IMG/VR virus record: IMGVR_UViG_3300031857_000203
Location: 1 to 58,539 of that record
Origin: a virus
Lineage: Duplodnaviria > Caudoviricetes
DNA: 58,539 nucleotides
Strand: one strand, 5' to 3'
This document shows positions 8,493 through 17,626 of the stretch, in pieces (the first letter of the stretch is position 1; each line of letters begins with the position of its first letter). Under the pieces are notes generated by a model that was not told where the DNA came from, did not search any database, and saw only the letters and a program-made list of their open reading frames with translations. The translations under genes and the position numbers were made by a program.

Positions 8493-11036
8493 ATGGCAAC
8501 CGAATTCCCGATTGATCCCGAGTTCAACCGCTTTGTTGGGGGCGAACAGGAAGAGACGCCGGATGAGCCTGTTGAGGTTGAACTAGACCTTGATGAATCC
8601 GAGATTGAAGAGCTTCCTGATGGCTCTGCAATCGTCCGGATGGAAGGCAAAGGTCCGATGGAAGATGAAGACTTCTATCAGAACCTAGCTGACGGCGATG
8701 TAATTGACCATCTTGACCTGAATACGATGGCCTTGCGGTACATCCAACTGGTTGAGAAGGACAAAGAGGCTCGAAAGAAACGGGACGAACAGTACGAAGA
8801 AGGTATCCGCCGTACTGGATTGGGTAATGACGCCCCTGGTGGTGCGCAATTCAACGGGGCTTCTAAGGTTGTCCACCCGGTTATGGCGGAATCCTGCGTG
8901 GATTTCGCTGCTCGGGCGTTCAAAGAACTGTTTCCGCCTGATGGCCCGACCCGTACTCAGATTTTGGGTGATGTGAATGAGGAGAAAGTTGCGATTGCCG
9001 AGCGCAAACGTGACTTTATGAACTGGCAGTTGACCGATCAGATTGAGGAATTTGCTGATGAGCAAGAGCAGATGCTCACTCAGTTGCCTCTTGGTGGCTC
9101 TCAGTACCTGAAACTCTGGTACGACGACAAGAAGAAGCGTCCTTGTGCTCAGTTCCTGCCGATTGACAATGTACTTGTGCCGTTTGCGGCGGGGAGTTTC
9201 CACAATGCCGAGCGTGTAACGGAAGTTGACAACGTCTCCGAATACGAATTCAAGCGTCGAATTGACTCTGGTCTGTACCGAGACGTCAGTTTCATCCGGG
9301 CAACGATGGACCCGGAGCCTACTGGCGCTCAGAAGGCCACCAACAAGATCGAAGGCAAGTCAGAGAACGACAACGAAGACGGTGTCCGCCGCGTGTATCA
9401 CATTTACACATGGCTGGAACTAGAAGACGATCCGATTACGAAGGGTGAGGCAGCCCCGTACATCCTGATGATTGATGACTTGGGCTCAGAGGTCATTGGT
9501 CTGTACCGGAATTGGGAAGAGGGCGACGACACGATGACTAAGCTCGACTGGATTGTCGAGTTCAAGTTCATTCCGTGGCGTGGAGCTTACGGTGTTGGTA
9601 TCCATCACCTCATTGGAAGCCTATCTGCGGCTGCTACAGGCTCTTTGCGGGCCTTGCTGGACTCTGCCCACATCAACAACGCTGCAACGCTCCTGAAGCT
9701 CAAGGGCGCAAAGGTGTCGGGCCAGTCTCAACAGGTTGAAGTGACGCAAGTTGCAGAGATTGAGGCGGCTCCAGGCGTGGATGATGTGCGTAAGCTGGCA
9801 ATGCCGATGCCCTTTAACCCGCCAAGCCCGGTTTTGTTCGAGCTTTTGGGCTGGTTGACGAGTGCTGCCAAGGGTGTGGTGACGACATCGGAAGAAAAGA
9901 TCGCCGATGTCAACGCAAATGCGCCTGTTGGTACGACTCAGGCCCTGATTGAGCAGGGTGCAGCGGTTTTCTCAAGCATTCACGCCCGTTTGCACAAGTC
10001 TCAGGGCCGAGTTCTCAAGATTTTGCAGCGTATCAACCGCTGGTATCTGGATGACATGCGCCGCGGCGAGGTTGTCGAGGATTTGGAGATCAAGAGGGAC
10101 GACTTTGCTCGTTCTACTGACGTTATTCCTGTTTCTGACCCGCATATCTTCTCTGAAACCCAGCGGATGGCTCAGACCCAAGCGGTCATGACCATCATGG
10201 AGAAGAATCCTGACCTGTTTAACCGCAAAGCGGTGGTCATGCGGTTCTTGAAGCAGATCAAGGTGCCCCAGATCAATGAGTTGATGCCTGATACGCCTTC
10301 TCCTGAGAAGCAAGACGCCGCAAACGAGAACGTGGCGATGACTATTGGTCAGACTGCCTATGCGTACCCGGAACAGGACCACCTGGGGCATATCCAGGCG
10401 CACTTGGACTACGCCAAAGATCCGGTGTTTGGTGGGAGCCCGTTGATTGCTCCGAACTACATTCCAAAGGCGATGGAGCACATCAAGCAGCACTTGGCCT
10501 TGTGGTATTTGAACCGCATGAACGGCTACGTGCAGAAGTCTCTGGGTGAGAAGCCCGAAGAGTACGCACTGCTGGCTGATCCGAAGCCTATCGACAAGAT
10601 CATCGGTGTTGCAGCGCAGCATGTGGTGATGGATACGGAGCAGACGCTTGCGGGCATCATGCCGGTTATCCAGCAGATGATGAAGACGATGGAGCAGTTC
10701 AAGCCGAAGCCTGAGATGACTCCGGACGGACAGGTGCTGCTGCAGACCTCTATGGCTGAGACGGAGCGCCGTAAGGCCCGCGATCAGGCAGAGATGCAAC
10801 TGAAGGGACAAGAGTTGGAGTCTGACATCCAGATGCAGATGAAGAAGCTGCAGGACGAGCAGGCTCTGGCTATGGAGGAACTCCAACTGAAGCTGGCCAT
10901 CGCTCAAGGTGATCAGGAGATGAAGGAGCGCATCGAGACGGCCCGTTTGACGCGGGATGCGGCTAGGTTGAGACACGACCAAGACAAGACCGTCATGGAC
11001 TTTTCAACGAAAGGAAACCAGTATGGCTACCAGTGA
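8493..11036 (+). CDS. Portal protein (P22-like) with C-terminal coiled coil
   Basis: 847 aa after terL; VHPVMAESCVDF, YGVGIHHLI, APVGTTQALIEQG motifs. Confidence 0.9.
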   Translation: MATEFPIDPEFNRFVGGEQEETPDEPVEVELDLDESEIEELPDGSAIVRMEGKGPMEDEDFYQNLADGDVIDHLDLNTMALRYIQLVEKDKEARKKRDEQYEEGIRRTGLGNDAPGGAQFNGASKVVHPVMAESCVDFAARAFKELFPPDGPTRTQILGDVNEEKVAIAERKRDFMNWQLTDQIEEFADEQEQMLTQLPLGGSQYLKLWYDDKKKRPCAQFLPIDNVLVPFAAGSFHNAERVTEVDNVSEYEFKRRIDSGLYRDVSFIRATMDPEPTGAQKATNKIEGKSENDNEDGVRRVYHIYTWLELEDDPITKGEAAPYILMIDDLGSEVIGLYRNWEEGDDTMTKLDWIVEFKFIPWRGAYGVGIHHLIGSLSAAATGSLRALLDSAHINNAATLLKLKGAKVSGQSQQVEVTQVAEIEAAPGVDDVRKLAMPMPFNPPSPVLFELLGWLTSAAKGVVTTSEEKIADVNANAPVGTTQALIEQGAAVFSSIHARLHKSQGRVLKILQRINRWYLDDMRRGEVVEDLEIKRDDFARSTDVIPVSDPHIFSETQRMAQTQAVMTIMEKNPDLFNRKAVVMRFLKQIKVPQINELMPDTPSPEKQDAANENVAMTIGQTAYAYPEQDHLGHIQAHLDYAKDPVFGGSPLIAPNYIPKAMEHIKQHLALWYLNRMNGYVQKSLGEKPEEYALLADPKPIDKIIGVAAQHVVMDTEQTLAGIMPVIQQMMKTMEQFKPKPEMTPDGQVLLQTSMAETERRKARDQAEMQLKGQELESDIQMQMKKLQDEQALAMEELQLKLAIAQGDQEMKERIETARLTRDAARLRHDQDKTVMDFSTKGNQYGYQ

Positions 11037-11172
11037 TCAAGAGCAGAAGAGCGTTCTTGTGACCCAGCACAAGCGTATGGCCATGGGTGCCCCGATCAAC
11101 GGGCAATCCATGCAAGGTGGTAATGACAAGCCCAAGCAAGGAGCCCTGACGCAAGCAGCTAAAAAGAAGTAA
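11023..11172 (+). CDS. 49-aa hypothetical protein (MATSDQEQKSVLVTQHKRMAMG...), absent from ORF track
   Basis: AAGGA RBS; fills the gap after portal. Confidence 0.6.
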   Translation: MATSDQEQKSVLVTQHKRMAMGAPINGQSMQGGNDKPKQGALTQAAKKK

Positions 11173-11352
11173 GTGGCGACGATATCGGACCTGATCGGCG
11201 GGATAAGGGCACGGCAATCAGAGATTGCTGGATCTCTTGCGGTTGGCAATGCTGCTAACTGGGAGTCTTATCAACGCATGGTCGGGCACTACTCGGGGCT
11301 CAAAGAAGCCCTGGACATATTAGAAAACTTGATGAAGGAAGACGATGAGTAA
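11173..11352 (+). CDS. 59-aa head-module protein (..NWESYQRMVGHYSGLKEAL..), absent from ORF track
   Basis: GTG start directly after upstream stop; overlaps groES start. Confidence 0.7.
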   Translation: MATISDLIGGIRARQSEIAGSLAVGNAANWESYQRMVGHYSGLKEALDILENLMKEDDE

Positions 11353-11779
11353 TCAACCGGAAGCTGCTAACGCGGCTGAGATGGCTTGGGCATTTCCGAG
11401 CGTGGACCCCGGTGCAAAACCTCTAGGTGGGCGTATTCTTGTGCAGTTGCGCCGTACCAAAAAGAAGGCAACAAGTGCCGGGATTATCTTGGTGGAAGAA
11501 ACCAAGGAAACCGAGAAGTGGCAGAACATGGTGGCAAAGGTGATCGAGATCGGTCCCTTGGCATTCAAGCACCGCGACACGATGCTCGCGTGGCCTGAAG
11601 GTTCTTGGTGTGTCGCAGGCGACTACATCCGAGTTCCCAAGTGGGGCGGTGATCGCTGGGAAGTCAAAGTCCCCGGCGACGACGATTTTGAAGATCCCGC
11701 CCTGTTCATGGTGTTGAATGACCATGAAATCATCGCCAAACTCACTGGTAACCCCCTGGCAATGAAGGCTTTCCTATGA
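11345..11779 (+). CDS. groES: Co-chaperonin GroES (Cpn10)-like protein
   Basis: KPLGGRILV..TSAGIIL..VIEIGP..VLNDHEIIA pattern. Confidence 0.88.
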   Translation: MSNQPEAANAAEMAWAFPSVDPGAKPLGGRILVQLRRTKKKATSAGIILVEETKETEKWQNMVAKVIEIGPLAFKHRDTMLAWPEGSWCVAGDYIRVPKWGGDRWEVKVPGDDDFEDPALFMVLNDHEIIAKLTGNPLAMKAFL

Positions 11780-12696
11780 GCACAGATAAAGTTGAAGACA
11801 TCCCCGTTACTGAAGAAAAAGACGGGTCAGTAACGGTTGAGCTGCCTGATGAGCTTGTTTCTGAAGATTCTTCTGACGAGCCGATTCAAGCGCAAGATGA
11901 CGGAGATGCTGACCAGCCCGGTGATACCGATGCGGTGCGAGAAGCCCGCAGGAATCGCCGAAAGGCCAAGAAGGAATACATCAAACGCACCAACGAAGAG
12001 AAAGATCAGCGGTTGGTGTCGCTGCAACGCGAGAACGAAGAGTTCCGCAAGCGTCTAGCCGATGTTGAGAAGAAGAGCCAAGGGTTTGAACTGGCTCGAC
12101 TGGACAAGGCGATTGAAGACGAAGAGTTGCGCCTGAAGTATTTCGATGCCAAGCGCCGCGAAGCCATTAACAACTCAAATGGTGACGCATATACGCAGGC
12201 TAGTAACAACTATGACGAGGCGCGGCGCAAGTACGAGGCGATGAAAGCGCTGAAGAATCGTGCTGCTCAAGCCGAGTCTGAGCCCCAGACTGACCCTCGG
12301 ATGTTGCGGCATGCGAAGAGTTGGATGGAGTCCAATTCTTGGTACGACCCCAACGGTAGCGATGAAGACAGCGAGATTGCCAAGGTTATTGATGCCAAGC
12401 TCGCAAAAGAGGGCTTTGACCCGTCTTCTGCAGATTATTGGGACGAACTTGACGCACGCTTGCAGAAACGTCTTCCGCATCGTTATACTCAATCACAAGA
12501 CGAACCCAGAAGGAGGCCTAGGAGTTTTGTAACTGGATCTGGACGCGAGTCAACTGGTGGCCGACAAGGCAACACTTTGGTGCTTGAGCCTGAACAGGTA
12601 AGAGCAATCAAGGAGGCTGGATTCTGGGATGACCCAGCAATGCGAGCCAAGATGATCAAGCGTTACGCCGAACAAGCACGAAACAACCGAGGTTAA
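11776..12696 (+). CDS. Capsid scaffolding protein (putative)
   Basis: Acidic N-terminus, long coiled coil, position between portal and MCP. Confidence 0.7.
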   Translation: MSTDKVEDIPVTEEKDGSVTVELPDELVSEDSSDEPIQAQDDGDADQPGDTDAVREARRNRRKAKKEYIKRTNEEKDQRLVSLQRENEEFRKRLADVEKKSQGFELARLDKAIEDEELRLKYFDAKRREAINNSNGDAYTQASNNYDEARRKYEAMKALKNRAAQAESEPQTDPRMLRHAKSWMESNSWYDPNGSDEDSEIAKVIDAKLAKEGFDPSSADYWDELDARLQKRLPHRYTQSQDEPRRRPRSFVTGSGRESTGGRQGNTLVLEPEQVRAIKEAGFWDDPAMRAKMIKRYAEQARNNRG

Positions 12697-12700
12697 ACAA

Positions 12701-13243
12701 ATGGATTCACGTCTGAAAAAGTCTCTGTCTGCCGGTGGCCGCGAAACTCGCGCTAGTGAGGACGTATCCCGTCGAGCCCCAGAGGAAAAGTTCATGTCAG
12801 CGCAGGAACGTCGGAAGATGTGGAGCGATGAGTGGACACAAAGTGCGCTGCCAAAGGTTCCGGAAATGCCCGGATGGCACCTTTGCTGGCTCTCAACCAC
12901 TAATGCTTACGACAGCATTGATAAGCGGATGCGGCTTGGGTACGTTCCCGTGAAAGCGGATGAGTTCCCTGGGTTCGACAATTACCGCGTCAAGGCTGGC
13001 GAGGACATTGGTTTTATCGCATGCAACGAGATGCGCCTGTACAAGATCCCTATGGAGGTCTATCAGGACATCATGCTGCAGATGCACCATGAGATGCCCA
13101 ACGAGGAGGCGGACAAGATCCGTGTCCAAGTTGAGAATCTTCAGGGTGCGCGAGACAGTTCAGGCAAGAGCCTGGGCAAGGTTGAAGGCGAAGGCTTTGG
13201 CGATTTCGACCGAAACGTGCAAACCCCAATCTTTCATGGGTGA
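12701..13243 (+). CDS. Conserved head-module hypothetical protein
   Basis: PGWHLCWLS..RMRLGYVPV; synteny. Confidence 0.7.
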   Translation: MDSRLKKSLSAGGRETRASEDVSRRAPEEKFMSAQERRKMWSDEWTQSALPKVPEMPGWHLCWLSTTNAYDSIDKRMRLGYVPVKADEFPGFDNYRVKAGEDIGFIACNEMRLYKIPMEVYQDIMLQMHHEMPNEEADKIRVQVENLQGARDSSGKSLGKVEGEGFGDFDRNVQTPIFHG

Positions 13244-13260
13244 GCACAAAGGAGTAAATT

Positions 13261-13863
13261 ATGTCTTCGACTAATGCTCCGTTCGGCCTGCGTCCTGCGT
13301 TCCATCCCTCTGGTCTGGATCGCGCTCAGGCGCTGGCTAACGGTATTCAAGCTGTCTCTACGAGCGGCAACGTCTCTGCTGGCTATGCCACGACTATCCT
13401 GAAGGGTCAGCCCGTCAAGATGGACACTGGCGGCTACATCGTGGTTGCCGCTGCTGGCGATTCGTTCCTTGGCGCCTTTGCGGGTGTTGAGTGGACTGAC
13501 TCGACTGGTCGTCGGCGTGTGTCTAACTACTGGCCTGCCAACGAGTCGTTCCAAGTCGGCTCTGTCGTTGCCTATTTCTACAGCGATCCCAACATCGTGT
13601 ACGAAATCCAGGCCGACGGCACTCTGGCGCAAACCTCGCTTGGCGCTGAAGCTGACCTGAGCAACACGACTGCTGGTTCTACGACCACTGGCCTGTCTCA
13701 GTGCACGCTGTCCACCAGTGTTGTGGCTTCGCCCAATACTGCGCAAATGCGTATCGTGGATATCGCCCCGTACCCCGACAATGCTTGGGGAGATGACTAT
13801 GTAATCGTCCGTGCAACCATCGCTGAATTCCAATTCGCGGGTGTTGCTGGTACGGCTGTTTAA
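13261..13863 (+). CDS. Capsid decoration/minor head protein (putative)
   Basis: APFGLRP N-terminus, strong AAGGAG RBS, immediately upstream of MCP. Confidence 0.65.
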   Translation: MSSTNAPFGLRPAFHPSGLDRAQALANGIQAVSTSGNVSAGYATTILKGQPVKMDTGGYIVVAAAGDSFLGAFAGVEWTDSTGRRRVSNYWPANESFQVGSVVAYFYSDPNIVYEIQADGTLAQTSLGAEADLSNTTAGSTTTGLSQCTLSTSVVASPNTAQMRIVDIAPYPDNAWGDDYVIVRATIAEFQFAGVAGTAV

Positions 13864-13878
13864 TAAGGAGGGCAGATC

Positions 13879-14793
13879 ATGGCAGCCCCGATGCGCAGTA
13901 CCGACTTTCGTTCAATCGTTGAGCCTATCCTCAACGAATGCTTCGATGGCGTGTATGACCAACGTACCGATGAATGGTCGCGTGTTTTCCGCGAGCAACA
14001 AGGTATTCCCCGTAACTACCACGAAGAGCCGGTTCTGTACGGCTTTGGCGCGGCTCCGCAGTTGCCGGACGGCACCCCGGTTTCGTACCAGCAGGGTGGT
14101 GTTCTGTTCCTGAAGCGCTATGTCTACAATGTGTACGGTCTGGCCTTTGCGCTGACCAAGGTGCTCGTTGAAGACGGCGATCACATCCGTATTGGTCAGG
14201 TGTACGCCCGTCACCTTGCCCAGTCGCTGATTGAGACGAAGGAAACGCTGTCGGCCAACGTGCTGAACCGCGCTTTCAATAGCTCGTATCCTGGCGGCGA
14301 CGGTGTGCAGTTGAACAGCGCTTCTCACCCCATCGTGAGCGGCACGTTCTCCAACCTGCTGACGACTGCAGCTAACCTGTCCCAGACCTCTCTGGAGCAG
14401 ATGCTGATTCAGATCCGTCAGGCTGTGGACAACAACGGCAAGAAGATCCGTCTGGTTCCCCGCCAACTGGTGGTGGCTCCTGGCAACGTCTTCCAAGCTG
14501 AAGTGCTGCTGAAGAGCGTTCTGCGTGCTGGTAACGCGAACAACGACATCAACCCGATCAAGTCTATTGGCTTGCTCGACGAGGGTGCCGCTGTTCTGTC
14601 GCGTCTGACCAATGCTTCGGCATGGTGGGTTCAGACCGATGCTCCGGAAGGCATGAAGCTGCTGATGCGCCGCAAGCTGGAGAAGACGATGGAAGGTGAC
14701 TTCGAAACTGACTCGATGCGCTACAAGGCCACCGAGCGTTTCGATGTCGGCTTCACCGATCCTCGGGCCATGTACGGCACTCCTGGCGTCTAA
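13879..14793 (+). CDS. Major capsid protein
   Basis: GGDGVQLNSASHP, PRQLVVAP, RYKATERFDVGFTDPRAMYG; AAGGAGG RBS; downstream hairpin. Confidence 0.9.
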   Translation: MAAPMRSTDFRSIVEPILNECFDGVYDQRTDEWSRVFREQQGIPRNYHEEPVLYGFGAAPQLPDGTPVSYQQGGVLFLKRYVYNVYGLAFALTKVLVEDGDHIRIGQVYARHLAQSLIETKETLSANVLNRAFNSSYPGGDGVQLNSASHPIVSGTFSNLLTTAANLSQTSLEQMLIQIRQAVDNNGKKIRLVPRQLVVAPGNVFQAEVLLKSVLRAGNANNDINPIKSIGLLDEGAAVLSRLTNASAWWVQTDAPEGMKLLMRRKLEKTMEGDFETDSMRYKATERFDVGFTDPRAMYGTPGV

Positions 14794-14798
14794 GTAAA

Positions 14799-14820
14799 AG
14801 TGGGGGCCTCGGCTCCCACT
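14799..14820 (+). terminator. Stem-loop after MCP
   Basis: AGTGGGGGC-CTCG-GCTCCCACT. Confidence 0.6.
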
Positions 14821-14839
14821 CCTCTAAGGAGTAAAGACA

Positions 14840-15289
14840 ATGGCACAGACCTATATTGGGTCCACGCTACGCACTGGCTCTGGTACGTTGACTGACACCA
14901 CCGACGGCGGATTCGTTGTCGTAAGTCAGACCACGACGGTTACCACGGTTGCTGCGGGTACGGCGTCTAGCGCCACTATCACTCTGCCTGCAAGTTCACA
15001 GATCATCAGCTTCTTTGTTGATACTGTGCAAGACGAGGTGGTTGGCGGTGGTTCTGCTACTGCGATTGCGATGACTATTGGTACGGCTGCTGCGGGGACG
15101 CAATATGTGTCTTCGACTGACGTTATCGGTGGCGGTCGGATTGCTCTTACGTTCACCGCTGCTCAATTGGCTGCGATGGCTAACGTTGGTACTTCTACCG
15201 GCGTTGTCATTACTGTCGATCCGAACGGCACCATTTCCACCACTCAGGGCATCTACCGTTTGACGGTGGTCTATGCCCAGAAGGTTTAA
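14840..15289 (+). CDS. Virion structural protein (beta-rich)
   Basis: Thr/Gly/Val-rich; AAGGAG RBS; follows MCP. Confidence 0.7.
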   Translation: MAQTYIGSTLRTGSGTLTDTTDGGFVVVSQTTTVTTVAAGTASSATITLPASSQIISFFVDTVQDEVVGGGSATAIAMTIGTAAAGTQYVSSTDVIGGGRIALTFTAAQLAAMANVGTSTGVVITVDPNGTISTTQGIYRLTVVYAQKV

Positions 15290-15300
15290 GGAGGTTCGAT

Positions 15301-16275
15301 ATGGGCCAATTTAAGCCGATGGTGAAAATGGTCACCACCGAGCCTTCAGTCGAACTGAAGCTCAAGAGTGGCGGCGCGGTGGAGAAGAAGATGCAGATGG
15401 GCGGTGCGCTTGCCGCTGCGCCTGCTGCTGGTCCTGCTATGCGTGCTCCGGCTCGCGGTGGGATGATGCCCGCGGGCGCCCCTGGGAAGCCTTCTATGGC
15501 TGCTCGGCGCCGTGCGATGATGGCCGGTCCTACTGGTGCTGCTCCGGCAGGCCCAGCGGGCATGGCTGGTCGCATGATGAAAGATGGTGGCGAGGCTACT
15601 AGCCTGAAGGCTCACGCCGGCATGCCTGCGTCCAAGGCCCACAAGGGCTTGAAGACGGGTGGTGTGGTGGATGGGCAAGGCGGCTACAAGTCTGGCGGCA
15701 TCATCAAGTCCAAGGTCGGCAAAACCACCAAGATGGACACTGCAAAGCCTGATCACTCACCAGCCAAGACTGGTGATGTGAAGATGGGCAACGCTGGTGG
15801 TTACGCTACTGGTGGCGTGGCGAAGGCAAATGCTGGCGGCTACAAGAAAGGTGGCGCAGCAAAAAAAGCCTACGCCACGGGGGGTCTTGTTGATTCAGGA
15901 CGTCCCGTGGCGATGCCTCAAGGAGCGAAGAAGCCTTCGAAGCCTGTAAGCATCAATCAACTGTCAGGCACCTTCAAAAAGGGTGGGGCGGTGATGATGA
16001 AAGAGGGCGGCAAGGCTGATGTTCCTCCCAAGGGTGTTGAGGATACGATTCAGACTGCACGAAACGAACGGGACTACAGGGCCTGGGAGAAGAGTCAGGT
16101 TGAAGAGAACAAGGCCGCGGCACAAAGCGCTGGCAGCATGTTCTCGTCAATTCCTCGTAAGCTGAAGGAAATCTTCTCGCCAGCTAAGGCGGCTAGTGCG
16201 CCTGGGGCAGTGACAAAGACTGAAAAGTCTGTAACAGTCACTCCAAAGAAGCGCGGCGGGGCCGTTACCTGCTGA
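15301..16275 (+). CDS. Basic low-complexity protein with ~11 [hydrophobic]-K/A-x-GG motifs; probable -1 frameshift isoform
   Basis: LKSGG, MKDGG, YKSGG, YATGG, YKKGG, FKKGG, MKEGG etc.; ends KKRGGAVTC. Confidence 0.85.
   Translation: MGQFKPMVKMVTTEPSVELKLKSGGAVEKKMQMGGALAAAPAAGPAMRAPARGGMMPAGAPGKPSMAARRRAMMAGPTGAAPAGPAGMAGRMMKDGGEATSLKAHAGMPASKAHKGLKTGGVVDGQGGYKSGGIIKSKVGKTTKMDTAKPDHSPAKTGDVKMGNAGGYATGGVAKANAGGYKKGGAAKKAYATGGLVDSGRPVAMPQGAKKPSKPVSINQLSGTFKKGGAVMMKEGGKADVPPKGVEDTIQTARNERDYRAWEKSQVEENKAAAQSAGSMFSSIPRKLKEIFSPAKAASAPGAVTKTEKSVTVTPKKRGGAVTC
15861..15912 (+). promoter_or_regulatory. Programmed -1 ribosomal frameshift signal
   Basis: In-frame A AAA AAA (15861-67), 5-nt spacer, CGCCACGGG (15873-81) pairing with CCCGTGGCG (15904-12); -1 frame reads SLRHGGSC then TGA at 15891-93. 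Confidence 0.75.
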
Positions 16276-16278
16276 ACC

Positions 16279-16302
16279 AAGCGGGGGCTTCGGCCCCCGC
16301 TT
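16279..16302 (+). terminator. Rho-independent terminator-like hairpin
   Basis: AAGCGGGGGC-TTCG-GCCCCCGCTT followed by pyrimidines. Confidence 0.75.
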
Positions 16303-16318
16303 CTCCTTTGAGGCTGCT

Positions 16319-16621
16319 ATGAAGCTGCAAACTGTTTCCAAAACTGGCGTTGGCTCCAGTTCCTCTTTGGTCATGAACACCAACATTTCCCCGTTCAACG
16401 TGGGATTTGGGGTGATCGTGACTGGCACGGTCAACTACACCGTGCAACATACGTTTGACGATCCTGCCGCGGGATTCACAACGTGGTTCTCTCACCCGAC
16501 GATTGCCTCGCTTGCGGCAAATGCTGATGGCAACTATGCGTTCCCAGTGACTGGCATCAAGTTGCTGGTCAATTCTGGGGCTGGTACTGCCACGCTGAAG
16601 CTGATCCAAGCTGGTATCTGA
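16319..16621 (+). CDS. Virion structural protein (putative)
   Basis: Beta-rich 100 aa; GAGG RBS. Confidence 0.7.
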   Translation: MKLQTVSKTGVGSSSSLVMNTNISPFNVGFGVIVTGTVNYTVQHTFDDPAAGFTTWFSHPTIASLAANADGNYAFPVTGIKLLVNSGAGTATLKLIQAGI

Positions 16622-16623
16622 TC

Positions 16624-16860
16624 ATGGCTTACGTTGGGTATACCGACGTTGCAAATCAGGCGAATACGTCTGATGGATTTGCTGCCAATGTCAATGCTGT
16701 CAACGTAGTTGGCGGCGGTGTTGGTGCTGAAGTTGGTGATACGGGCGTAGTTGATCTCTACGGAACTACTCCCGTGGAGACCTTCTACATTGCTGATGAG
16801 ACATCTCCTGGGTATGTACTGCAGGAAGACGACTCAAAGATCATTAGAGAGGCATCGTAA
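16624..16860 (+). CDS. Hypothetical structural protein
   Basis: Tight packing; YVLQEDDSKII C-terminal motif. Confidence 0.65.
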   Translation: MAYVGYTDVANQANTSDGFAANVNAVNVVGGGVGAEVGDTGVVDLYGTTPVETFYIADETSPGYVLQEDDSKIIREAS

Positions 16861-17441
16861 TGGCCGACCAGAAGATTTCAGCGATGCCCTCTGCGGCAAC
16901 GCTAACGGGTGCAGAACTCATTCCGTTGGTGCAGTCTGGCGCAAACGTTCAGGCGACACTCAATACGGTCACTGACTTCGTTCGTGACTCGTATGCCGCG
17001 TTCTCTGACTTTACTGATCAGCCTGCAACGCTTGCCAACACGGCATACGCGATGACGTTCAACACCACTGACTACTCCAGTGGTATCACGTTGGTGTTGA
17101 ACTCTCGGATCACCGCCTCTCAGACTGGTGTGTACAACTTCCAGTGGAGTGGTCAGTTTGAGAACACGCAGTCGCAAGATCATGATGTGCGTGTTTGGAT
17201 CAAGATCAACGGCAACAACGTAACTGGTTCCACCGGATACATCTCTGTGCCGTCATCTCACGGTGGCGTGAATGGTCACATCGTGGTGGGGTGGAACTAC
17301 TACATCACGCTGAATGCTGGAGACTACGTTCAACTGTTCTGGGAAGCAGACAACACCAATGTCTCCCTGCAGACGTATGCCTCTGGAGCGAATTACCCGT
17401 CAACGGCTTCTGTAATTGCAACCATCAACAGGGTGCATTGA
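16860..17441 (+). CDS. Head/tail fibre-like protein with C-terminal C1q/BclA-like domain
   Basis: MADQKISAMP..LVQSG N-terminus; GVYNF..LNAGDYVQLF. Confidence 0.6.
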   Translation: MADQKISAMPSAATLTGAELIPLVQSGANVQATLNTVTDFVRDSYAAFSDFTDQPATLANTAYAMTFNTTDYSSGITLVLNSRITASQTGVYNFQWSGQFENTQSQDHDVRVWIKINGNNVTGSTGYISVPSSHGGVNGHIVVGWNYYITLNAGDYVQLFWEADNTNVSLQTYASGANYPSTASVIATINRVH

Positions 17442-17623
17442 TGCCAGCAAGAAGCAAAGCGCAGTTTCGCCTCATGAAGGCGGCTGAAAACAGCCCTGCA
17501 TTTGCCAAAAAGATGGGCATTAGCCCAATGGCGGCGGGTGAGTTTACTGAAGGCAACATCAAAGGCAAGAAATACGCTAAGTTGCCCGAGAAGAAGCTCA
17601 AACGAGGCGGCTGTTGCTGGTGA
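17441..17623 (+). CDS. Small basic protein (MPARSKAQFRLM..KLKRGGCCW)
   Basis: TGATG coupling; carries the GG motif. Confidence 0.75.
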   Translation: MPARSKAQFRLMKAAENSPAFAKKMGISPMAAGEFTEGNIKGKKYAKLPEKKLKRGGCCW

Positions 17624-17626
17624 CTT

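Noticed and set aside
9972-10982. 336-aa minus-strand ORF and many other long antisense ORFs (e.g. 39766-40569, 42686-43717, 51587-52474)
   Set aside because: They are shadows of well-supported genes on the opposite strand, with no RBS or family motifs.
15973-16020. Second possible slippery site C AAA AAG in the GG-motif gene
   Set aside because: Imperfect heptamer, no evident downstream stem, and the -1 product lacks the terminal GG..C pattern.
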